A stretch of 63,560 nucleotides of DNA, filler included, from Anaerolineae bacterium (GTDB lineage Bacteria > Chloroflexota > Anaerolineae > Epilineales > Epilineaceae), in the NCBI GenBank assembly GCA_029262755.1. It is 8 parts of 8 records of this genome, joined end to end, with 100 filler letters (N's around TTAATTAATTAA, not from the genome) between each part and the next. Parts side by side here need not be neighbours in the genome. Positions count along the whole stretch, not along the records: positions 18,476 to 26,390 come from JAJCYU010000050.1; positions 26,491 to 32,081 come from JAJCYU010000051.1; 6 more parts are not named here. One strand, written 5' to 3'. Below are positions 19,814-29,299 of the stretch, in pieces. The position numbers and the translations under genes were made by a program. Every line of letters begins with the position of its first letter. Positions within the stretch are counted from its first letter, which is position 1. A model generated the notes under the pieces. It searched no databases, was not told the DNA's origin, and saw only the letters and a program-made list of their open reading frames with translations.

Positions 19814-20602
19814 ATGGGTGGGGATCGATCAATCGCGCTGAGTGTTGCGTACATTGTGATGATTCTCGGCGGACTCGGGCTGTCTCTAACAAGCCCGGCA
19901 GGACAAACGGTGCGTGCGTATCCAGGTGAGGACTCCGAGACTACGATCGCGGAGAGCCTGGTCTCGGCAGGCAGAGGGTTTAGTGGCCTTCCGAAGGGAG
20001 TGCCGTCAAGCGCCATTACTGTAGGACGTGCGATCTCGGCATTCCACGCATCGCCCGAATTCGCTCGCGGTGAGGTGACCAGCAATCTTGAGGATGAGTT
20101 GGTGTTCAGCGAGCAGTGGTATGTGCCATTCTACGTAACCGGTAGCCTTAAGGGCGCAATTCAACTGTGGGATGATGAACCGCTTTCGGTTGGCGAGGTA
20201 TTGGGTCCTGAACTGGCCGGTCAACTCGTCTCGATGACTGCGAGCGATAAGCTGTTGTTTGATAGGCAGGGTGATCTTTGGATCGTTGTATCCGATTCCG
20301 TTGCTACACCCATGAATTGGCCGGCGACCGAGATATTCACCGGGTCTGTAGCGTTGTCCCGTGTCCAGGACTGGTTCGTAGCTAGGTATCAGGCGGAGCG
20401 GACATGGCCAACTGGAGTGTCTGCGGGCGGTGGTGGCCCGGTCGAAGAACGAGGCGCCAAACTGGAGCCAGCCGCCGATCGAAGTCGGATCCAGTCGCCT
20501 CCTTGGCAAGTGGTACGTGGCACGATCGCCGTTTCAGCGCTCATCGTTCTAGTGATTGGAATGCGTTGGAGAGCGCGGCGCAGGTTGGACGATACGGCGT
20601 AA
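19814..20602 (+). CDS. Hypothetical exported, C-terminally membrane-anchored protein
   Basis: AGGAG RBS; N-terminal hydrophobic segment; C-terminal TM followed by RWRARRR; lower GC than flanks. Confidence 0.7.
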   Translation: MGGDRSIALSVAYIVMILGGLGLSLTSPAGQTVRAYPGEDSETTIAESLVSAGRGFSGLPKGVPSSAITVGRAISAFHASPEFARGEVTSNLEDELVFSEQWYVPFYVTGSLKGAIQLWDDEPLSVGEVLGPELAGQLVSMTASDKLLFDRQGDLWIVVSDSVATPMNWPATEIFTGSVALSRVQDWFVARYQAERTWPTGVSAGGGGPVEERGAKLEPAADRSRIQSPPWQVVRGTIAVSALIVLVIGMRWRARRRLDDTA

Positions 20603-20643
20603 TGCGTATAGGCCGTGGTGAGAACATGCAAGTTGGCATACGC

Positions 20644-20756
20644 TCGGGTTCCGGCAGCGCCCATGGTACTACGCCCCACCCTTCTCCCGCCTTCTCTCAG
20701 CACCTGTTCGCCCGTCGTCCACCACCGTCCTCGTTCGGTCCTCGCGCGTCGGCAGG
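20644..20756. repeat. Degenerate ~110-bp dispersed repeat copy 1; copy 2 at 24420-24530
   Basis: TCGGGTTCCGG.AGC..CCATG..ACTACGCCCCA ... CCGTC.TCGTTC.GTCCTCGC(GC)GTCGGCAGG in both copies. Confidence 0.75.
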
Positions 20757-20964
20757 TGACTCGCGCTAGCGTCGGTGAATAGGCACAACTCTCCAGCTGG
20801 CGGAAACGACTGCTCGAAACGGTTCTGACCGATCATCTGGGTGTGCCCGTAGATGAGCAGCACCACATTGCCAACGTTCCGACGCCGGCACGGGAATCCT
20901 CCCCCATGACGGCGCCGAATCACCCTTGGTGTTGCAAGTAGTCATCACACAAGGAGACGGCATC

Positions 20965-21795
20965 GTGAATTCTCCATCAACTTCAGTATCTCGGGTTGTA
21001 GCTGCTGGTCTAGTGCTTGTGTTTGGCGTCGTCGCCGCAGGTGTTCTGATGCGGATTGCGCAGCCGGTGGCGGCCCCGTCGAATGAAGCGCTGATTGCGA
21101 GACTTGAGCCAGGCACAAGGGCGGACGACTCTGTAGACACCGACAAGGAGGTCGTGCAAGTCGACCCCTGCGCGCACCTTACCCACACACTGACAATGGG
21201 ACTCGAGTACGTTGGGCACGAGTATCCAATCACCAGGTGGGTTCAGGCTAGCAACATTGTAGCCAAGGGTGTGATTACGGCCATGGAGGCACCAATCTTC
21301 AATACAACGGACGGATTGCCCCCGGCCAACGAGACGCCAACGCCATATCCAGCAACACCTTCGGATCCTGAGGAAAAGGCACCTGACATCGGAAATGACC
21401 AGATCTTCTCTCTCGTGGTCATCGACGCCACCGAGATCTACTCTGGATCTCAGTTCACAGGCTATGTCGTACTCCGATGGGGAGGGACATCCGCACAATG
21501 TCCAGACTACACGTTCGAAGTTGAGCCCGACATCCTGAGTGGCAGCGTCGCGGACCAGGGTATGTTCTTCATCACAGAGTTCCATCCGGACACGCTACAG
21601 CGCACACCACCCCCTGCGTGGATGGTGCACGCCACGACGTATCGCGACCAGCTGAACAGCGACCGGCAGGACAACTACCTACTTGCCCACGTCATTAACT
21701 GGTACAGGTACGACCCGCCCGACGCATGGTCCGAGATGACTATCCCACGGACGATTGCCACTCTGGAGGCTGACGTGATTGCCGCGACTCAGTAG
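20965..21795 (+). CDS. Hypothetical exported or membrane-anchored protein
   Basis: AAGGAG RBS before GTG at 20965; single N-terminal TM; lower GC. Confidence 0.7.
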   Translation: MNSPSTSVSRVVAAGLVLVFGVVAAGVLMRIAQPVAAPSNEALIARLEPGTRADDSVDTDKEVVQVDPCAHLTHTLTMGLEYVGHEYPITRWVQASNIVAKGVITAMEAPIFNTTDGLPPANETPTPYPATPSDPEEKAPDIGNDQIFSLVVIDATEIYSGSQFTGYVVLRWGGTSAQCPDYTFEVEPDILSGSVADQGMFFITEFHPDTLQRTPPPAWMVHATTYRDQLNSDRQDNYLLAHVINWYRYDPPDAWSEMTIPRTIATLEADVIAATQ

Positions 21796-21812
21796 TCGCA
21801 CGTCACGTCCCC

Positions 21813-21955
21813 TGGAGTTGACCCTGCACGGCGGACACCTCAGAAATTTGGTAGGAGGTGCCCACCACGGCAAGAGGACGCAAGACGTACGCCAAGGAGT
21901 ACAAGGAGCAGATGGTTGAGCTAGCCCGCTCAGGTCACTCGGCGGAACAACCGCC
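21813..21955 (+). mobile_element. IS3-family relic: left end and decayed orfA
   Basis: TG-starting end TGGAGTTGACCCTGCACGGCGGACAC, RBS AGGAGG, then ACG-ARGRKTYAKEYKEQMVELARSG resembling the IS3 OrfA N-terminus. Confidence 0.7.
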
Positions 21956-22173
21956 AATAGATCAGGGCACCGTCTAGCCGACCGTCGAGACATCGCCGCA
22001 GCGACGCACGCGCGCATCCATCGTCTGCGGTCCGACCATGGCCAGCGCGATGCGCGGCAGCCTGGCGTCTTGCTCGATCCTCATGCCGGTCACGAGCCAC
22101 GCGAACGAACGCAAGGCGCGCGCGTCTCCGAGAGGCTGGACGGTCCGCATACGCGCCAGCACACGTCGTTCCG

Positions 22174-22284
22174 TCACCTCGCCAACGCCCTTGCCATCGA
22201 CGCCACGGTCACCGACGAAAGCGCGAGGCACGCGCCGGCCGCGATGGCGGTGCGGCGTGAGGACGTTGCATGGGGCAGGTTCAT
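22174..22284 (-). pseudogene. Truncated duplicate of the NHL gene 5' end (36 aa)
   Basis: MNLPHATSSRRTAIAAGACLALSSVTVAS, then divergence and TGA. Confidence 0.7.
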
Positions 22285-22908
22285 GGCGGGTATCCCGGCG
22301 GGGGGTGGTTGGGGGGGGGACGTGCGATGAGGTTGCGCAGGAGGTTGCTCTGCAGAGCATACCCGGACTGCGTGTGTATTATGCATAGCATGGCCGGCGT
22401 GCCGCGCGTGTGCGCGCCTACGAACGATCTCTGAATGGCGTCGCCGTCTGCTGGGCGACCTGGCCCAGGTCGCGGCGCACGCCCTGGTCACCGATGGGCG
22501 ACTACGCGATGACGGCAATTGCCCCCATCTGCCCCTGCACCCTCACCGAGATTCTGACGAAGGCCCTTCACCGAGAAGATCCTGAGTCTATTGTCGAGCA
22601 CGATCTCATCGAGCCGGAAACGGCCGCCGGCATGCAGGCGTGGCATCACTCCGACGTCAGCGCCCACCACGGCGTAGCGCTCAACAAGGAAGACCGGCCG
22701 GCCCACGAGCGCACAGCGCGGCGCTCGAACAGGGCAATCCATGGCACGAGTTCGGCGCACTGCATCTCGCTCCCTCGTGAGCGGAGGCGCGATCCGAATC
22801 GCGCGGTGAGCTCCGTCGCTCTCGGCGTCACTGTCCCCTCGCCGCCATCCGCGCCGCAACACGCTAGTGCTACGATTGCGATGTAATCGTACGTCAGGAG
22901 GCTGAGTC

Positions 22909-23151
22909 ATGACGCTGACCATTTCCGAAGACATCATGAAAGCGACTCGGATGTCCGAGGCGGAGATGCGCCTGGAGATTGCGGTCATGCTTTTTGCTGC
23001 GGATCGCCTGACATTGGGTCAGGCGCGCAGGCTGGCGGACATGGATCGGATCGCATTTCAGCATGTCCTCGCCAGCCGTCACATTGGCATTCACTACGAT
23101 GTCGATGATTTTGAGGATGATCTGGATCTACTGGATCGGTTGACGGCGTAG
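22909..23151 (+). CDS. UPF0175-family putative antitoxin
   Basis: 80 aa; AGGAGG RBS; RLEIAVMLF...RLTLGQARRLA.M....F...LA.R.I..HYD..DFE.DL. Confidence 0.85.
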   Translation: MTLTISEDIMKATRMSEAEMRLEIAVMLFAADRLTLGQARRLADMDRIAFQHVLASRHIGIHYDVDDFEDDLDLLDRLTA

Positions 23152-23153
23152 CC

Positions 23154-23336
23154 GTGATCGTCGTTAGCGATGCTTCGGCAATCATCAATCTCGCAGCGAT
23201 CGATCAAGTCGATGTGCTTGGCCATTTGTACGAAAGGGTGCTGATTCCCGCGGCAGTTTTCGACGAAATCGTCCTCGCCGGTGACGGCCGGCACTTCCCC
23301 CTCGATCCGACTACAGTATTCCAAGGAAGAACGTGA
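23154..23336 (+). pseudogene. Truncated DUF3368/PIN-domain toxin
   Basis: MIVVSDASAIINLA.I..VDVL..LY..VLIP.AVFDEI is the typical N-terminus; similarity ends near residue 45. Confidence 0.75.
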
Positions 23337-24181
23337 TGAGGTGTCGCCAACTGGTTATAGGATCGATTGTGACGGTGGCCTTTTTCGTTCTCACCCCTCC
23401 CGCCTACGCACAGGACGAGTTGCCGGAGTCCTGCCGCGCTGGCGTGTCATCCGAGGGGATTCTGCGTCTTGCACGCGAGCGAGCGCGTCTTAGCGACCTC
23501 ATGCCCGCCGTGGGCGAGTCCGAAATCCGCGTCACGAAGTTGGAGGCCCTCACGGCTGAAGAGCATTACGACCGATATGAGGAAGTCCTGCTCATGGAGC
23601 AGGTTCCGGTCGTCGAGAAATTGGAGTGCGTTTGGCGGGTGGAGGCGGCAGGAACTGGAGAGTTGTGTGGCGGCTCGAGCTCTGCGAGATGCTCTCCGAT
23701 CAATCGGCTGGATCTGGGCTTCTTCGGGGATTCGGGTGCCGTCTGGTATGAGGCCATCCACTTCCAAGATGAGCATGACGAATTGCCGGAGGCCTGCAGG
23801 GAAGGCATGTCTGGCGATGAGGCGGCACACGCGGCCAGAGTCAATGCGTACGGCAATGGGCTCAGGCCTGCAAGCGGCCTGGGGAAGACTAGCGTCCTGA
23901 AGCTCGAGGCGTTGACTGTTGAACAGCACGATGACCGGTACCCAGCACAGCGACAGCGCGGGCCAGGCATCTTTCCCCAGCCGCCAGCGAGCCGCTGCAT
24001 ATGGCGTGTTGAGGTCGAAGGTGTCGGCTGGTTCTTCGGGGGACGAGCAGGCTTCTACGGATTCACCCGAAGGATGGACTTCGGCTTCGACGGTCCGACA
24101 GGCGACCTCCGATACGATGTGATTCGATTCGCGAACGACCCTTGGCGAATTTGGTTGCCGATAAGCGTCAGCCGTCGATAG
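23333..24181 (+). CDS. Secreted protein with two tandem Cys-containing repeats
   Basis: Signal peptide ending AYA; repeats DELPESCR.G / DELPEACR.G, KLEALT.E.H.DRY, C.WRVE..G.G; C-terminal RIWLP tag. Confidence 0.8.
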   Translation: MMRCRQLVIGSIVTVAFFVLTPPAYAQDELPESCRAGVSSEGILRLARERARLSDLMPAVGESEIRVTKLEALTAEEHYDRYEEVLLMEQVPVVEKLECVWRVEAAGTGELCGGSSSARCSPINRLDLGFFGDSGAVWYEAIHFQDEHDELPEACREGMSGDEAAHAARVNAYGNGLRPASGLGKTSVLKLEALTVEQHDDRYPAQRQRGPGIFPQPPASRCIWRVEVEGVGWFFGGRAGFYGFTRRMDFGFDGPTGDLRYDVIRFANDPWRIWLPISVSRR

Positions 24182-24872
24182 GCGTCTTATGGTGGTGTGA
24201 TAGCGTGCGCGTCAACGTTTCAGGTTGAAGCGTCTGGTCTTCGACATTCTCCTTCAGGTGCGGGAGGCACGTGTAAATGGAAGAAGTCCACCGTCGCTCC
24301 CACGGGGGGTCGCGACCCACGAACAAACTCATGACCTCCAGTTGGACGTCTTGAAGGCGGCCAACTGTGAGCGAGCACCTCATGACAAGTCCAACGGGGC
24401 ACGCAAAACGCGGCCGGATTCGGGTTCCGGAAGCATCCATGTGACTACGCCCCAGACCTCAGCCGCCCCTGTTCGGCTCCAAGTCGCCCACCGTCCTCAC
24501 CCGTCATCGTTCAGTCCTCGCGTCGGCAGGGTAGGCGAGCCCGCATTGGGAAACTGAACCCCTCGCGTTCGGGGTGGAGCAGCGCACATTCGAGACTGCG
24601 GCTCCCGAAACTGTCTCGCGACGAGAGGCGCGTTCGCTGAGCGCTGTTGAACCCTCGGCTTTACTGGGCACGTACACAGCGCAGCCTGCGACGGCGCAGC
24701 GCGAGATCCGCATCATCGTTGACCGTCGCCTTGCCTACGGTTGAGCCCTCGGCGATCAAGGTGGCACGCTCGCTTCGTTCGACATCGCGCACCCGAATGG
24801 GTTGTGCGCCGAGATCCGACCGGCGCCGCACCCGCGAGCCCGTGGCGAAACTCTGATCTGACCCCGTACCGA

Positions 24873-26390
24873 TCACCGCGCGTGACGCGACACCACCGGC
24901 AACCAAACCCGCCCGCGTCCCCGTCCCTCGCCCGCAGGAACAATCCTCACCTCCGCGATGCCACCGTCGGCGCTCGTGGCCCAGAAGCGATCATCGACGT
25001 CAATCGTGCTGTCCGGTTCGCCGGGCATGTCGAGCCATCCGACCTCGTCGGGCCGGGACGGCACGCGCAGGTCCACGTGCAGCACTCCGCGGCCAGGGTG
25101 CGCGATTAGCAGGTCCGAGCCGCGGCGGACCATCGTTCGTTGCGACGAGGCACCGGGCACGCCGGCAGCTTGTCCGATTCCCAAGTCCAGGCGGCCGACC
25201 TCGTGCGGCTGCGTTGGCTCCGCAATGTCCATGATTGCGAGATCGAGGCTGCCGCTCGGCAGTGAGTGCAACAAGGCCAGATGTCCGGCAACATCGGCGA
25301 TCGCTTCCAAGCGCGTGGGCAAGCGCCCAGAGAACACGATCCTCGGTTCGTAGGGCCGCTGTAGCGTCAACCCAAGGAACGCAGGTGCGCCGGCCCCCTC
25401 GCCGACCCACAGGTGTCCTTCGGCGATATGCATGACTCTGGCATAGCGAAACGGCCACGTCACCGTCGTGATGGGGTCGGCCACGTCCTCGGCGTCCGCG
25501 CGGTAGACGCCCAGTCCCCAGGTCATCCCGACATAGATGAACCCGCCATCCGACTCGAGACCACCCGAAAGCGAATTCGGGCGCCAGACGGGGGATCGAA
25601 TGTCCGCCGGGTGGGAGACGTCGAAGACCATGAGCCCATCCGTAAACGCGACCCACAGCCGGTCCCCGTGCACGAGCGCGTCGAGCAGCCAGAGCTTGCC
25701 GTCAAACGCGAGCGGCGACCGCACCAGCGCAACACGCTTCGGACCATGATCGGCATCGAAGTAGCTGAGCTCCAGCATGCCGTCCACACGGACAATCACC
25801 CGCCACGGACCGGCCTGCGCAGTACCGAATGACCCAATCCAGCGAGCGCTCCAAGGCTCGACCGGCACCGTTGTCGCGCTGGGATCGCCGACCAGGCTCA
25901 ACCACTCCGCGCTACGGTGCTGGGTCACCGCCAATGCCTCGCCGCCGTCGTCCGCAAGCGCGAGGAGGACCACGCCGCCCAGGCCGTAGCGTGGTACCTG
26001 AAGCGGGATGTCACGGCGCCATGCACCGGCGATACCCCCCTCAGAGATCGCGCGGTTGAGCAGTCGTGAAGTCGGTACATAGAGGTCTTGCGCGACAAGC
26101 CATAGCGACCCATCCCTCGGATCGATCGCCAAATCGGCCAGCGTGTCCCGCGGCCCAGCCTGCGCAATCACATGACGCTCGGTGCGCGGCGCCAGCCCGT
26201 GGCATGCAACCCTTGGCGGGACCCTCCCCCCTGGCGTCCCAGGCGTTCCGCCAGCCTGAGCGACCATCCCCACTTCCAGCATGCAGAGTCGGTTCTTGTA
26301 CACCGTCACGCGCCGCAGTGGAGCAGAGTTGAGGAGCAACTCGGAGCGAGGCGCGGCGCTAGTCGCGAGCTGAAACACCTCCACCAGATT
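24873..26390 (-). CDS. LVIVD-like beta-propeller protein, 5' truncated
   Basis: GLMVFDVSHPAD, LAIMDIAEPTQPHEVG, VLHVDLRVPSRPDEVG repeats; ends RVWLPVVSRHAR. Confidence 0.7.
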   Translation of the reverse strand, partial: NLVEVFQLATSAAPRSELLLNSAPLRRVTVYKNRLCMLEVGMVAQAGGTPGTPGGRVPPRVACHGLAPRTERHVIAQAGPRDTLADLAIDPRDGSLWLVAQDLYVPTSRLLNRAISEGGIAGAWRRDIPLQVPRYGLGGVVLLALADDGGEALAVTQHRSAEWLSLVGDPSATTVPVEPWSARWIGSFGTAQAGPWRVIVRVDGMLELSYFDADHGPKRVALVRSPLAFDGKLWLLDALVHGDRLWVAFTDGLMVFDVSHPADIRSPVWRPNSLSGGLESDGGFIYVGMTWGLGVYRADAEDVADPITTVTWPFRYARVMHIAEGHLWVGEGAGAPAFLGLTLQRPYEPRIVFSGRLPTRLEAIADVAGHLALLHSLPSGSLDLAIMDIAEPTQPHEVGRLDLGIGQAAGVPGASSQRTMVRRGSDLLIAHPGRGVLHVDLRVPSRPDEVGWLDMPGEPDSTIDVDDRFWATSADGGIAEVRIVPAGEGRGRGRVWLPVVSRHAR

Positions 26391-26490
26391 NNNNNNNNNN
26401 NNNNNNNNNNNNNNNNNNNNNNNNNNNNNNNNNNTTAATTAATTAANNNNNNNNNNNNNNNNNNNNNNNNNNNNNNNNNNNNNNNNNNNN

Positions 26491-27471
26491 CGCGCCGAAG
26501 CACGTTCCGCGTTCGGCGACGACACGCTCATTCTCGAGCGCTACTTCGAGCAGGCCCGCCACGTCGAGATCCAGGTCTTGGGCGACGCCCACGGTCACAT
26601 CGTGCACCTGTTCGAGCGCGAGTGTTCGATCCAACGCCGCTACCAGAAGATCATCGAAGAATCGCCATCGCCCGCCCTCGACGCCGCCTTGCGAACGCGG
26701 ATGACCGATGCCGCGCTGGCTCTGTCGCGCGAGGCGGGTTATGTCAACGCAGGTACGATCGAGTTCTTGCTCGACGACGAGGGCGGCTTCTACTTCCTCG
26801 AGATGAACACGCGACTGCAGGTGGAGCACCCGGTGACCGAAGCCGTCACGGGGCTGGACCTGGTCGCGCTTCAGATCCGCATCGCGGCGGGCGAGCCCCT
26901 GCCGTTCAAGCAAGAAGACCTACAACAGCGCGGCCACGCGATTGAATGCCGGCTCTATGCAGAAGACCCCGCGACCGGCTTTCTGCCGTCCACGGGACAG
27001 ATCTCGTTGTACCGTCGGCCCGCGGGCCCTGGTATTCGTTGCGACGACGGCATCGCGACCGGCAGCATGGTGTCGCCGCATTACGATCCGATGTTGGCCA
27101 AGATCGTTTCGTTCGGCGCCGATCGCGAGGCAGCTCGGACACGCATGGACGCGGCCCTGGCTGACACGATTGTCTTAGGTGTGACCTCCAACCTCGGCTA
27201 CCTACGTGCCGTACTCGCCCATCCGGACTTCGTCGCCGGTCGGACCTTCACCCGCTTCCTAGATGATCATCCGGAGCTCGCCGCAGCCGGCACGCCTTCG
27301 GACGGTGCTTTGGAGTCCGATGTCGAAACCGCTTGGCTGGCCGCGGCGGTCGTGGAGGCGCTCGGCGCACCGACACGGGATCCCGGCCAAGTTGCTTCGT
27401 CCTTCGCGGGAGCGGCCACCGCGCCTTCGGGTCCCTGGTCGCGCCTCGGCCGATGGCGTAACGGCGCATGA
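26491..27471 (+). CDS. Biotin carboxylase subunit of an acyl-CoA carboxylase (possibly methylcrotonyl-CoA), 5' truncated
   Basis: RHVEIQ, ERECSIQRRYQK, FYFLEMNTRLQVEHPVTE, GHAIECRLYAEDP, YDPMLAK. Confidence 0.93.
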   Translation, partial: RAEARSAFGDDTLILERYFEQARHVEIQVLGDAHGHIVHLFERECSIQRRYQKIIEESPSPALDAALRTRMTDAALALSREAGYVNAGTIEFLLDDEGGFYFLEMNTRLQVEHPVTEAVTGLDLVALQIRIAAGEPLPFKQEDLQQRGHAIECRLYAEDPATGFLPSTGQISLYRRPAGPGIRCDDGIATGSMVSPHYDPMLAKIVSFGADREAARTRMDAALADTIVLGVTSNLGYLRAVLAHPDFVAGRTFTRFLDDHPELAAAGTPSDGALESDVETAWLAAAVVEALGAPTRDPGQVASSFAGAATAPSGPWSRLGRWRNGA

Positions 27472-28103
27472 AGTTCACGCTCCGGTTCGGCGACGAACTG
27501 CGCACCGTACGCGTGCTGCGCGACGGGCCGCGCCTCCAGGTTCGTTTCGAGGACGGGCCGGCGTACGACGTGTCCGTGCACCATCGCCCCGACGGCACCA
27601 TCGAGATCTGGCCGCTTGATCCGGCGACGTCATCCGCCTCCGTTCCGGCGGACATGCAGAGCGACAACGGCGTTGCCGACGAAACAAAACCACGCAACGT
27701 AGGGGACAGCGGAGCGCCATGCCATCGAGTTCGCACGGCCGTTACGGCCGTCGGACGGGCCGGCGAACGGCAGCTGTGGGTGGAAGGACGAACGTTGCGC
27801 TATGCGCTGCACACCGGCGGAGGGGCCGGCGCCGCCGGTGCGGCAGGCGCCCTTTCAGCCACGATTCCCGCCGTGGTGCTCGAGGTGCTCGTAGCGGAGG
27901 GTGACGCCGTGACGGAGGGCCAAAAGCTGGTGCTCCTCGAGTCCATGAAGATGGTCATCCCGATCCAAGCCCCCCACGCGGGACGCGTCGTCGCGCTACG
28001 CTGCGCAGCGGGCGACGCCGTCGAGCCGGGTGTGCCGCTTCTCGAACTATCGGGGCTCGACGACGCCGAAGCGCGCGAACCGGCGCTCGACGAGGGCGCG
28101 TGA
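27468..28103 (+). CDS. Biotin carboxyl carrier protein
   Basis: Biotinylation motif LESMKM in a C-terminal biotinyl domain. Confidence 0.88.
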   Translation: MKFTLRFGDELRTVRVLRDGPRLQVRFEDGPAYDVSVHHRPDGTIEIWPLDPATSSASVPADMQSDNGVADETKPRNVGDSGAPCHRVRTAVTAVGRAGERQLWVEGRTLRYALHTGGGAGAAGAAGALSATIPAVVLEVLVAEGDAVTEGQKLVLLESMKMVIPIQAPHAGRVVALRCAAGDAVEPGVPLLELSGLDDAEAREPALDEGA

Positions 28104-29143
28104 CCGCCGCGCGTGAAGGCGCCGACGGGGCGGTTGGTAGCCGGTCGGCATTGGCGACAGGCACGGCATACCCATCGACTGAGCACGGTGAGGTCTCGCT
28201 TCCGTCGCCGGTGCCCGAGCGCATGCGGCTGCTGGAGGTAGGGCCCCGCGACGGCCTACAGAACGTCGACGCCACCATCGACACCGCGCTCAAGATCGAC
28301 CTGATCAACGCGCTGCTACCCCTGGGTTTCGACCGGATCGAAGCCGTGTCGTTCGTTCATCCCCACGCCGTGCCGTTGATGGCCGATGCCGAGGCGGTCA
28401 TGGCGGGGATCGACCGCCGGTTGGGCCCGACGCGTATCGTCGGCCTCGTGCCGAACGACCGCGGTGTGCGGCGCGCTTTGGACGCCGGCGTGGACGAGCT
28501 CAACTTCGTGCTCTCCGCGACGGAGAGCCAGGACCGATGGAACCTCAACCGGTCGCTCGCAGGCTCCATCGTCCTGCTCGAATCCGCGTTGAGCATGGCG
28601 GTTGCCGCGGGCGTTCCGATGCGCGTGACGATCTCCACAGCATTCGGCTGTCCGTTTGAGGGCTACGTACCACCCGAGCGCGTGCTCGACCTTGCGCGAC
28701 GGTGCGCCGAACTCGGTGCTGCGGAGATCTGCCTGGGCGACACCACGGGCATGGCCAACCCGCGTCAGGTCTACTCCTTGTTTCAGCGCATGGCGGAGAG
28801 CGTGCCGCGCGTCCGGCGCGCCGTGCACCTGCACAACACGCGGGGCACCGGCCCGGCCAACCTGCTCGCCGCCATGCAGGCCGGTGTCGACGTGTTCGAT
28901 GCCTCGCTCGGCGGGCTTGGTGGATGCCCGTTTGCGCCAGGGGCTACCGGCAACGTGTGCACGGAGGATATGGTGCACATGCTGCATGCCATGGGCGTAC
29001 GCACGGGCGTCGATCTCGTGGCTCTGCTGGATGTTGCCCGTGCCTTCGAGGGGCGGCTGGGCGTCCCTCTTCCCGGACAACTCTTGCGCGCGGGTCCGAT
29101 TTTGGACGGATTGACGCCCCGTAACGATTACGACGCGCGTTGA
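28100..29143 (+). CDS. Hydroxymethylglutaryl-CoA lyase
   Basis: EVGPRDGLQN, AFGCPFEG, LGDTTG, HLHNTRG, GGLGGCPFAPGATGN..TED. Confidence 0.93.
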   Translation: MTAAREGADGAVGSRSALATGTAYPSTEHGEVSLPSPVPERMRLLEVGPRDGLQNVDATIDTALKIDLINALLPLGFDRIEAVSFVHPHAVPLMADAEAVMAGIDRRLGPTRIVGLVPNDRGVRRALDAGVDELNFVLSATESQDRWNLNRSLAGSIVLLESALSMAVAAGVPMRVTISTAFGCPFEGYVPPERVLDLARRCAELGAAEICLGDTTGMANPRQVYSLFQRMAESVPRVRRAVHLHNTRGTGPANLLAAMQAGVDVFDASLGGLGGCPFAPGATGNVCTEDMVHMLHAMGVRTGVDLVALLDVARAFEGRLGVPLPGQLLRAGPILDGLTPRNDYDAR

Positions 29144-29299
29144 GACCAAGTGTGAGAGAATCCGGAACCGGAGCCGCACGCGGTGTGTCCAACCTATGCG
29201 GACTTCTCGACGTTCTATCGGTTGGGCGATCCGCTCCGTCACGCATTCAATCAGGCACGGGTTCCCGGTACAACAACCACGCCCCTTGGGAGGCGAACC

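Noticed and set aside
22410..22886. 158-aa ORF upstream of the antitoxin
   Set aside because: No RBS or recognisable motif; probably decayed sequence.
19780..24560. Possible integron cassette array
   Set aside because: No integrase and no attC core boxes seen; intergenic gaps are long.
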